A stretch of 54,991 nt of DNA, from NCBI GenBank assembly GCA_045650025.1, contig JAZRQR010000067.1, forward strand, positions 1-54,991. Direction: 5' to 3'. This DNA is from Eubacteriales bacterium. GTDB taxonomy: Bacteria > Bacillota > Clostridia > Oscillospirales > CAG-272. Within the stretch, counting starts at the first letter, position 1. Each line of letters starts with the position of its first letter. Below the pieces are notes generated by a model. That model searched no databases. It worked only from the letters and a program-made list of their open reading frames with translations, and had not been told where the DNA came from. The position numbers and the translations under genes are program-made. Below, piece after piece: positions 37,635-45,180 of this stretch.

Positions 37635-38264
37635 TTAACCGAGCAGAACCAGCAGAACCGAGATCAGCAGTGCGAAAATTGCGTAGGTCTCAACCAGAGC
37701 CGCGGAGGTGATTGCCTTACCAACCTGGTCAGGACGCTTAGAGAGCAGATTGATGCCCGCAACGGCAACTCTTGCCTGCTTGATTGCGGAGAACAGACCA
37801 ACTGCTGCGATGGGGAGAGCTGCCATGAGGTAGTAAGCACCCTGTGCTACGGACAGAGACAGGATGGCTGCCATGCCGCCCTCGAACAAGCCTGCCTTCA
37901 TAACGATCAGGAATGCGATAACCAGACCGTAAATACCCTGGGTCATGGGAAGAGCCATAAGCACGAAGCACTTACCGAACAGGTTGGGGTTCTCGGAGAG
38001 CAAGCCTGCGGTTGCTTCGCCTGCCATACCAACGCCCTTAGCGGAGCCAATGCCTGCAAGACCAACTGCCAGAGCCGCGCCAACGATTGCAAGTGCGCCG
38101 CCGCTGAAGATCAGGGAGAACAGAGAGGGTTGGGTTTCGGTCTCTTCAATTGCGCCGATGGTGGTGGTATCGGTGGTAACTTCCTCAGCTGCAAATGCGC
38201 CGATGGTCAGAGCCAGTGCCAGAATGGCAGTCATAACGATAGTCAAAAGAACAGTCTTTTTCAT
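37635..38264 (-). CDS. atpK: V/A-type ATP synthase proteolipid subunit K (c), four-TM type, with an N-terminal signal-like extension
   Basis: GIGSAKGVG, ALPMTQGIYG, SAIKQ, LVETYAI. Confidence 0.93.
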   Translation of the reverse strand: MKKTVLLTIVMTAILALALTIGAFAAEEVTTDTTTIGAIEETETQPSLFSLIFSGGALAIVGAALAVGLAGIGSAKGVGMAGEATAGLLSENPNLFGKCFVLMALPMTQGIYGLVIAFLIVMKAGLFEGGMAAILSLSVAQGAYYLMAALPIAAVGLFSAIKQARVAVAGINLLSKRPDQVGKAITSAALVETYAIFALLISVLLVLLG

Positions 38265-38300
38265 GATTTTATTTCTCCTTAATATAATTCAGATTGATTT

Positions 38301-40301
38301 TTATTGATCGGTATAGCGGTCCGAGTCGGCAACCGGCACAAAGCCCTCGCCGCCGTCCTCAAAGAACTTACCGAAGAATTCCAGATACTGCAAACGGCTG
38401 GTGTGTACGAACGAGCCCAGCACGTTGAGCGCCATATTGACCGAGTGACCGATCAGCGAAACGACCAGCAGGATCACACAGCGCAGAAGAATGTTGACAA
38501 ACGGATTGCCAAACATGCCGCCAATGATGTCTCCGAATACGGTACCAACCATGTTGATTACCTGCGCAATGACCGCCGAAGCAAGTCCCAGCGCCAAAAT
38601 TCGCGAGTACGAGAGCAGGTCGGCTGCGTAGTTGATCAGGTCGTAAAGACCCAGCAAGCCCTTGAGCAGCTTCATGACAATGCCCTTGGCAGCTCTGCCC
38701 GCCGTGCAGATGACCATCAGCACACCAAGCACGACCATGGCAATGCCCGCAGTCTTGTGCAGGAAGAATACGCCCAGCCCCGCAAACATGATCAGCCAGG
38801 AGCCGATGTCAAAGATTGCCGAGAATACCTGCTTGCTCTTACACAGCAGCACGAACTTGACGATCATGCCCGCAATCAGGTGCACAGCACCCATGCCCAG
38901 CGCGATTGCCAGGAACGGCATGGGATCGGTCAAGGGATTGAGCGCGTACAATTTATCACCCAGCGCAACCTGCAAGCCATTGAAGAACGGCACGGCAGCC
39001 ATTGCCGCCTCGGTGGACTCATACAGTCCAAACAGGTTCATGAGCACGTACGGCATATCGCCAAACCAACCGCCGAAGATGACGCCGCATACCACGCACG
39101 CAATGCCGCAGTAGCCGAACATATTGAACGTGCGGCGCATACCGTCGCGCATCTTGATCAGGGGCGGGATCAAAAATCCTCCCAGCGCAAGCAGCGCACC
39201 GTAACCAACGTCGGCAAACATCAGACCAAAGAGTATGAAGTAGAAGATACTCATGATCATGGTAGGATCGTACGTACCGTACTTGGGGTACGAATACATG
39301 CCGATTACCCACTCGAAGTTTTGCGCAAATTTATTGTTTTGCAGCAGAATGGGAACCTCGTCGTCCTCATCCGGCTCTTCAAATTCAAACGCACACTCGA
39401 TCTGCCCCAGTACCTCGGAGATCTTGTCCACACGCCCGATGGGCGCCCAGCCCTCCAGCACCACGCAGCTCTCTGTCTGCGCCAGCTTTTGCTTGGCGGT
39501 TGCCAGCGTCAGCGCGGAGTTTTCCACGTCCCAAAGCGCCTCAATATCGTCAAGGCTCTGTGCCAGCTCAAACATCCAAGCCTTCAGCTGCCCCAGCTCG
39601 ACCTGCAAATTGGAGACCTCCAACCTGCACGCTTCGTATTCCTCACGGGGCATGCCCGAGAATTCCTTGAGAGCCGATTTGATAAAGCCGTTCTCGCCCA
39701 GCACGCGCTGCGCCGCAGCCGCGTCGTCCTTGTGGCAAATGACGCAAACGTATTCGCCGTCGGCATCCGAGAACACGCTCTCGATCTCGGCACAGCACTC
39801 GGCAAGCGCTGCACGCATATCGGCAATTTTCGTTTTTGCAGGCAACGCACCCAACGTGATCTCGCAGCAGCCCGTTTCGGTCTCTGCAAGCGGTAACGCG
39901 TAGGTCAGCCAGGGTGCTAAGGCATGCATGCGCGTCTCGCGCGCCGCAATCTCCGCAAAGCACTCTTGCTCGCGTTGCTTATTGGCAAGCGTTTGCTGCA
40001 CGGCTTTGGTTGCCGCATCGTAGCGCTCTGCCATAAATTTTTCCATATCCAGCTGATTTCTGGTTTGCACAAAGCCCTTACGCCCGGAGTACTTGGCAAG
40101 CGTCTCCAGCGCCTCGGTCACCGCAGCCAATCGCCGCTCGGCAGCCGCTCGTTGCGCGTCACACGCAACGTATTCCAGCTGCTCCCCACCGTCGGTTCGG
40201 CGCACCTGCACGCATCGCAGGCGCATCAATCGACGGATCAGCGCATCGGACTGCTCCTTGGGTGCAAACACGGTCAGCTTTCGCATCGTGCTTACTGACA
40301 T
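38301..40301 (-). CDS. atpI: V/A-type ATP synthase subunit I (a)
   Basis: LEGWAP, FGLMFADVGYG, DLLSYSRILALGL (essential Arg), HTSRLQYLEFFGKF. Start moved from 40319 to ATG 40301 (AAGGAG RBS). Confidence 0.94.
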   Translation of the reverse strand: MSVSTMRKLTVFAPKEQSDALIRRLMRLRCVQVRRTDGGEQLEYVACDAQRAAAERRLAAVTEALETLAKYSGRKGFVQTRNQLDMEKFMAERYDAATKAVQQTLANKQREQECFAEIAARETRMHALAPWLTYALPLAETETGCCEITLGALPAKTKIADMRAALAECCAEIESVFSDADGEYVCVICHKDDAAAAQRVLGENGFIKSALKEFSGMPREEYEACRLEVSNLQVELGQLKAWMFELAQSLDDIEALWDVENSALTLATAKQKLAQTESCVVLEGWAPIGRVDKISEVLGQIECAFEFEEPDEDDEVPILLQNNKFAQNFEWVIGMYSYPKYGTYDPTMIMSIFYFILFGLMFADVGYGALLALGGFLIPPLIKMRDGMRRTFNMFGYCGIACVVCGVIFGGWFGDMPYVLMNLFGLYESTEAAMAAVPFFNGLQVALGDKLYALNPLTDPMPFLAIALGMGAVHLIAGMIVKFVLLCKSKQVFSAIFDIGSWLIMFAGLGVFFLHKTAGIAMVVLGVLMVICTAGRAAKGIVMKLLKGLLGLYDLINYAADLLSYSRILALGLASAVIAQVINMVGTVFGDIIGGMFGNPFVNILLRCVILLVVSLIGHSVNMALNVLGSFVHTSRLQYLEFFGKFFEDGGEGFVPVADSDRYTDQ

Positions 40302-40621
40302 TGCTCCTTGATCCCCCAAACAATTGCCTTAACTGCCTCTTCCATGTGGAATTCGGCAAGCTTATTCATGTGTTCCGCTTCCTTTTGCGCGCCCTCACTG
40401 CTGCGTTGCAAAATTTCCTGGCTCTTTGCCTGCATTTCGTCCAGCATTGTGCGCAATCTCTGCTCGGTCTGCTTTTCCAGCTGCTCGCGGTCCTCGTTGC
40501 TCTTTTGCTCGGTCTCAGCGTACATGGCACGAGCTCTTGCCTGCGCCGCCTCAACGATCTCGCGCGCCTCCTGCTCCGCCTGTGTGATCTTGCGGATTGA
40601 TTCCTTTGACAAAGGGTTCAC
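40292..40621 (-). CDS. V/A-type ATP synthase subunit G/H (peripheral stalk)
   Basis: 109-aa Glu/Ala/Lys coiled coil (ITQAEQEAREIVEAA), first gene of the operon, overlapping the subunit I start. Confidence 0.8.
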   Translation of the reverse strand: MNPLSKESIRKITQAEQEAREIVEAAQARARAMYAETEQKSNEDREQLEKQTEQRLRTMLDEMQAKSQEILQRSSEGAQKEAEHMNKLAEFHMEEAVKAIVWGIKEQCQ

Positions 40622-40686
40622 CGTCCTTTTTCGTGTGATTTCAAAAATGTTTTTTCATCATTTCAATACTACCCATTATAATTGAT

Positions 40687-40715
40687 ATTGTACCACATAT
40701 ATCATATAAATGCAA
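40687..40715 (-). promoter_or_regulatory. Sigma-A promoter of the V-ATPase operon
   Basis: Minus strand TTGCAT-17nt-TACAAT with TGn. Confidence 0.6.
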
Positions 40716-40770
40716 GGGCTTTTGGGTATTTTTTCGATACGCACATGAAAACTTACCGCTTCGCCCAACA

Positions 40771-40807
40771 AAAAAAGCCCCCCGTTCCGCGTCCGGAACG
40801 GGGGGGG
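40771..40807 (-). terminator. Intrinsic terminator downstream of the low-GC gene
   Basis: CCCCCCGTTCCG-CGTC-CGGAACGGGGGG with a T-tract on the minus strand. Confidence 0.7.
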
Positions 40808-40869
40808 AGATCAAGCGATGACTCTTGCTATCGAAAATGCATTATGCTTTACGAAAACATCGATGTCCA

Positions 40870-41223
40870 TTATTCAAAGATATTTAATTGCTCTATAATC
40901 CAGTTCAAGTCTTTTATAAAGTCTTCGTCTTGCCAAGAAATGAACTGATATCGTTCTCTCTTATCAACAAAGATTAACATGGTAGCAGTTGTCAAACAAC
41001 TACTATCAAAAACTTTCACCAATTCATCATTTTTATCACAAACGGATAAACTTAAATAAATGTTCTTATCTTTCTTATCCTTGGCTTTCCCAAAATCCAA
41101 ATCAAGATGAAACTCATGAGATTTAACTAATTCATTCAATGTGGAGTATTGAGGACTACTTATAAATCTATTGATTTCCGATTTGCAATAATACTGCAAA
41201 GTATCGTTCACACTTGCTTCCAT
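40870..41223 (-). CDS. Hypothetical protein, low GC
   Basis: AT-rich ORF. Preferred start is ATG 41223 (GGAGG RBS, MEASVNDT..., 117 aa). The ORF-track start at 41277 overlaps the repeat end. Confidence 0.6.
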   Translation of the reverse strand: MEASVNDTLQYYCKSEINRFISSPQYSTLNELVKSHEFHLDLDFGKAKDKKDKNIYLSLSVCDKNDELVKVFDSSCLTTATMLIFVDKRERYQFISWQDEDFIKDLNWIIEQLNIFE

Positions 41224-41276
41224 AGAACCCTCCGACGTTATTATTTCCCTATTACTCTTCGTAGCAATAAATCCCA

Positions 41277-41480
41277 TGTAACAGGGGACGGTTCTCTGTT
41301 ACATCAAAATTCCTTATAGTATAAGCATTATTACGCGCGCGAAAAGAAAATTAGTTTAACCCCCGTGTTTTGTTTTAGGCGGTTGCTAAATTGGAGTTGG
41401 ACACAGCATCAGCTTGTCCGCCCCCCCGCCGAAGCGGCGGGAGAGAGAATGGATGTAACAGAGAGCCGTCCCCTGTTACA
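41277..41480. repeat. Pair of inverted 29-bp palindromic repeats (REP/REPIN- or MITE-like)
   Basis: TGTAACAGGGGACGGTTCTCTGTTACATC (41277-41305) and its reverse complement with one mismatch, GATGTAACAGAGAGCCGTCCCCTGTTACA (41452-41480). Each copy is itself a hairpin. Confidence 0.8.
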
Positions 41481-41502
41481 CTGAATAAATTCTATATTTC
41501 AT

Positions 41503-41531
41503 ATTGTACCACAATTGCCATGTAAAAGCAA
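41503..41531 (-). promoter_or_regulatory. Putative sigma-A promoter firing into the repeat pair and low-GC gene
   Basis: Minus strand TTGCTT-17nt-TACAAT with TGn. Confidence 0.5.
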
Positions 41532-41576
41532 GCAGTTTTAGGGATTTTCCGCTTTTTCCAAGAGTTTTCACGCCGC

Positions 41577-42191
41577 CTACCCATTCTGCACCTTTTGTGC
41601 AAGAACAGGAATAAAATCCTGTGCGCCGCCCCCCTTGCGCGGCACAAAATCCACGGAAATGCCGGTATGATACTCGGCATACCCCTCAGCTCCCTCGTTG
41701 TGATACAGCACCACGCCGTCCTCGGCAACCCACAAGCCCTCGGGACGCTTACCGCCCACGCGCAGAGCGCGTAGTCCCGGCACGTAATGCAAAAACGCCT
41801 TGGCAGGCAGAATGACGCCGCGCGCCATATCCCACACCTCGGCACAGCGGTGACAGGCGGGGTATTCCCCCTTGACACCACTATCCCGCACGCTGTCCAT
41901 CACCACCGATGCAAAACGCCCGGACTGCCACACCACGCGCACGTCCAGGCTGCACGTCATGGGGCGAAAGCCAAACATTTTGTCGGTTTTTTGGGCGGCG
42001 TATTCCTCCTGAAGCACTCTTCCCTGCTTATTTTGCGCCCAGGAAAGGTATGCCCGCGCGGCGTTTTGATAAAAGGCGTTAAAGCGCTCCTGCCCTTCCC
42101 CCTTGGCGCACACGTACGTCACTCGCGCGCGCAACACGCATGCCCCGCTCTGCATGACGCTGATCTGCTCTGTTTTTTGCTCAAATTGCAT
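41577..42191 (-). CDS. Hypothetical protein, possibly DUF4163/DUF3298 (RsiV/PdaC-like) fold
   Basis: 204 aa with a G-rich RBS. Pattern RFNAFY...RFASVVMD...VWDMARGVIL resembles these families, by eye only. Confidence 0.6.
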   Translation of the reverse strand: MQFEQKTEQISVMQSGACVLRARVTYVCAKGEGQERFNAFYQNAARAYLSWAQNKQGRVLQEEYAAQKTDKMFGFRPMTCSLDVRVVWQSGRFASVVMDSVRDSGVKGEYPACHRCAEVWDMARGVILPAKAFLHYVPGLRALRVGGKRPEGLWVAEDGVVLYHNEGAEGYAEYHTGISVDFVPRKGGGAQDFIPVLAQKVQNG

Positions 42192-42243
42192 GGTATCCCC
42201 CCCTTTTTACTACAGATGTATTCCGAAAAGCGGGAAAATATGC

Positions 42244-42276
42244 AAAAAAGCCTCAACGGCACGTAGCCGTTGGCGC
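42244..42276 (-). terminator. Intrinsic terminator of the CvpA-like gene
   Basis: Minus strand GCGCCAACGGC-TACGT-GCCGTTGAGGC followed by TTTTTT. Confidence 0.6.
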
Positions 42277-42284
42277 GTTCTGGT

Positions 42285-43856
42285 TCAGTTCCAATTCGAG
42301 TCTGTGATACCGGGAATCACCGAGTCAATCTCTTCTTCGGTGAAATTGCCCGATGCGTACGAGAGAATAAAGCCAATGACCTCCTCTTCGGTGACCTGAT
42401 CCTTGCCCGCAAACTCGTTGCTGATCGCTTGTGCGACCTCATCAATGACGCCCTCTCCTATCGCCGCCGAAATATCCTGGTCCCCCAGATACTCCTCCAC
42501 GATCGAGGTCAGCTCCTGGCTGAGCATTTCGGGATCGTCCTTGTACGTGTTGATCGAGCCGGTCAGCTGCCCTGTCAGCTCGGTGTTGCCCATATCCAGC
42601 GAGCCTGCCACGGCGCGTACGCACAGCGCGCGGAACTCGGTTGCCATGGGGGCGAGATGCTCGTTGGATTCAAACAGTGCCATCAGATCCTTGAGCAGCG
42701 TGGGGTTCTTGCTAAACAAGCTTGCTATTTGCTCCGAATCCTGATGACTGTCGAAAAATCCGCTTTCCACAAGCAGATCCAGCATATCCACCAGCGTTTG
42801 CAGGTCCGCTACCAGCGTCTCACCGTCCGAGGTTGCCATGATTTCCAGCAGCACATCAAAGGTGGGATTCAGCAGATACCCCAAGTCAGGACGGCGGATA
42901 CCAAACAGATCCTTGTTGTACGCCCAATTATCACACATTTCCGCCACAAACACGGCAGCCAGCTCGGGCATCAGCACCGATTCACCCAGCGTATCCACAA
43001 TATCGTGCAGCGACTCCACGCTCTTTGTGCCCGGGTTGGTCAGATCCGCAGACACAAACTGCATACCGTCGCGCAAGAGGCGAATGCCCACAATGGCTTC
43101 GGTTTCCAGATTAAATGCACTCTTGCCGTACGCGGTTGAGGTCATGTGATTGAACATGGGCTTGCCAAGCGTAGAGTAGGTCGCTTTCAAAAACCAATTC
43201 TCGGTGACGGGCGACACGTAGTCCTGCATTGCAAAATAGAGACTGGGCGCTACCGAGGCGTCCTCTCTGGAATAGGTCGAGGTATCAACCAGCGAAAAAT
43301 ACGCGTCCGCAACGTTGCGCGACAGGTTTGCATAGCCGTTAAAGGGCAGCAGCAGGATCGCCAGCAGCAAAAACGCATTGACCACACCCACTACAGCACC
43401 GCTGATGCGTGACCGGGTCGGTACGTGTCTCTTGATTTTGACCGTATTGCCGTCCTCGTCCACTGTTTTGCGGCGGGAACGATATACGAAGGACAAAATC
43501 AAGCCGATGATGGTACGGAGCACAAAGAAGCAGATAAGGAACAGGAACGGCGTGATCATGACGCCCAGGAACAGGGGCAGCAGCTCGATCAGCCCTTCAA
43601 TCTCGGCAAGCTCCTGCTCGATCCAGTCCATGCCCAGAAGGCGCATCACGAACAGAAACAAGGGATACACGTAATCACGCGCGATAGTGGTGAAATCTCT
43701 GGACATAAAGCAGGCAAGAAACGCACTGAGCACCAAGTTACCCGTAGTCATTGCAGCCTTGACAATGCCGCGGCGTGCCCCCCGCTGCGCAAAATACAGT
43801 CCTAAGAGCACTAATACAACCGTGATACCGATGGAAACGATCTGACCAACGTTCAT
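42285..43856 (-). CDS. CvpA (colicin V production)-family membrane protein with a long C-terminal helical extension
   Basis: N-terminal G.RRGIVKA and later SRISGAVVGVVNAFLL TM pattern typical of CvpA. AAAGGAG RBS. TTGACA-17-TATCAT promoter at 43892-43920. Confidence 0.7.
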   Translation of the reverse strand: MNVGQIVSIGITVVLVLLGLYFAQRGARRGIVKAAMTTGNLVLSAFLACFMSRDFTTIARDYVYPLFLFVMRLLGMDWIEQELAEIEGLIELLPLFLGVMITPFLFLICFFVLRTIIGLILSFVYRSRRKTVDEDGNTVKIKRHVPTRSRISGAVVGVVNAFLLLAILLLPFNGYANLSRNVADAYFSLVDTSTYSREDASVAPSLYFAMQDYVSPVTENWFLKATYSTLGKPMFNHMTSTAYGKSAFNLETEAIVGIRLLRDGMQFVSADLTNPGTKSVESLHDIVDTLGESVLMPELAAVFVAEMCDNWAYNKDLFGIRRPDLGYLLNPTFDVLLEIMATSDGETLVADLQTLVDMLDLLVESGFFDSHQDSEQIASLFSKNPTLLKDLMALFESNEHLAPMATEFRALCVRAVAGSLDMGNTELTGQLTGSINTYKDDPEMLSQELTSIVEEYLGDQDISAAIGEGVIDEVAQAISNEFAGKDQVTEEEVIGFILSYASGNFTEEEIDSVIPGITDSNWN

Positions 43857-43969
43857 ACGCGATCTCCTTTCGCACTTTTGTTTACATATACATGATACAC
43901 CGAATAACAGAATTTGTCAACACATAAACATAAAACGGGCGTAGCCCTGCACGGACTGCGCCCATTTTC

Positions 43970-44416
43970 TTATTGCTCGATAACCAAAGACGAAAGAGTA
44001 ATACTGACAATGTAGCCACCGCCAACCACAACTGCCTTGCTCTCACCAATCTCGGATTGCAGCTGCACGTTTACCAGCTGCTCAAACGACTCTGCGTCCG
44101 CCGTGGTGTCAAAGCCGAGTACCCAGTACTTAACCCATTCACCGGTTTGCTCGTTGGCCTCGCCGCCAATCAAGGCTGCGGTTACCTTGCCTTGAAGTGT
44201 CATTTCATACTCTTGTGTCAAAGCCGCCTGAATATCTGCCAAACCCTGCTCGTCCGCGCGCTCAAAGGGCGCGTCGTTCTCTTCAAGCTGAGAAGCAACT
44301 GCATCTACGGCAGTAACCGAAACCACCTCACCGATCTTCTGCTCTACCTGCGCGCAGGATGCAAAGCAAGCGGTGCAAATGAACAGTAAAAGTGCAAAAG
44401 TCAAAATTCTTTTCAT
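43970..44416 (-). CDS. Hypothetical lipoprotein (paralog 1)
   Basis: Start moved to ATG 44416 (GGAGG RBS): MKRILTFALLLFICTACFASC lipobox. Confidence 0.75.
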   Translation of the reverse strand: MKRILTFALLLFICTACFASCAQVEQKIGEVVSVTAVDAVASQLEENDAPFERADEQGLADIQAALTQEYEMTLQGKVTAALIGGEANEQTGEWVKYWVLGFDTTADAESFEQLVNVQLQSEIGESKAVVVGGGYIVSITLSSLVIEQ

Positions 44417-44448
44417 AGTAATATCCTCCAATATGATCATTCAAATAC

Positions 44449-44874
44449 TCAACCGCGCAGAACCGTGATAATGCGACCTTTTACGGTCACCTTAACCACC
44501 GTGCCGATGTCATCGCCTTGTGATTCGTACACCTTGGCAATGGCTTTGGCATCCGCCTTGTCGGTCACGGCAATCACCGTGGTAAAGAACATCTTGCCCG
44601 ATTCAGCATCCGGAGAGCTGTATTCCAGCACGCCAACGACCTCGCCCTCCAAAAGCACGCCATCACCCGAAGCCAGCGACTCGGCAAAGGCAATGACCTC
44701 CGCCTCATCCGCGCGAAGCACCACGTACCCTTTTTCCTCCAGCTGTGCCTGCAGCTTATCCAGCTCGGCAATGGCGGAATTCTTATTCGCGGAGCGCATC
44801 ACGTCAGCACAAGACGTCAGCATCAAGGCGCTAAGCGCAAGCAAAAACAGCGATAATAGCACTTTTTTCTTCAT
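44449..44874 (-). CDS. Hypothetical lipoprotein (paralog 2)
   Basis: Start moved from 45078 to ATG 44874 (GGGAGG RBS): MKKKVLLSLFLLALSALMLTSC lipobox. Confidence 0.75.
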   Translation of the reverse strand: MKKKVLLSLFLLALSALMLTSCADVMRSANKNSAIAELDKLQAQLEEKGYVVLRADEAEVIAFAESLASGDGVLLEGEVVGVLEYSSPDAESGKMFFTTVIAVTDKADAKAIAKVYESQGDDIGTVVKVTVKGRIITVLRG

Positions 44875-44917
44875 TTCAGACCTCCCGACCGACGTTTTTG
44901 CGTCGATCCACCCGATA

Positions 44918-44946
44918 ATTATAGCACATTTATCCAACTCTGTCAA
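44918..44946 (-). promoter_or_regulatory. Consensus sigma-A promoter for the lipoprotein pair
   Basis: Minus strand TTGACA-17nt-TATAAT with TGn. Confidence 0.75.
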
Positions 44947-45015
44947 GCAAACTGCGTCGATAATTGGGCAAGTGCAAAAAAATAAAAAATTTTCTGACTT
45001 TTTTTCAAAAAGGGG

Positions 45016-45044
45016 TTGCATTTTTAAAAATGTTGTGCTATAAT
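45016..45044 (+). promoter_or_regulatory. Sigma-A promoter of tRNA-Glu
   Basis: TTGCAT-17nt-TATAAT with TGn and an AT-rich upstream region. Confidence 0.75.
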
Positions 45045-45064
45045 AAGCAAGTCGCAAACGACAA

Positions 45065-45139
45065 GGCCCGTTGGTCAAGCGGTCAAGACGCTAGCCTCTC
45101 ACGCTGGAAACATGGGTTCGATTCCCGTACGGGTCACCA
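45065..45139 (+). tRNA. tRNA-Glu (anticodon CTC)
   Basis: Cloverleaf: acceptor GGCCCGT/ACGGGTC, D-arm GTC/GAC, anticodon arm CTAGC-CTCTCAC-GCTGG, T-arm ATGGG-TTCGATT-CCCGT, encoded CCA. Confidence 0.97.
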
Positions 45140-45180
45140 AAAAAAGAACAGGAGCACAGAAGTGCTCCTGTTCTTTTTTT
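45140..45180 (+). terminator. Intrinsic terminator after tRNA-Glu
   Basis: AAGAACAGGAGCAC-AGAA-GTGCTCCTGTTCTT followed by a T-tract. Confidence 0.8.
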
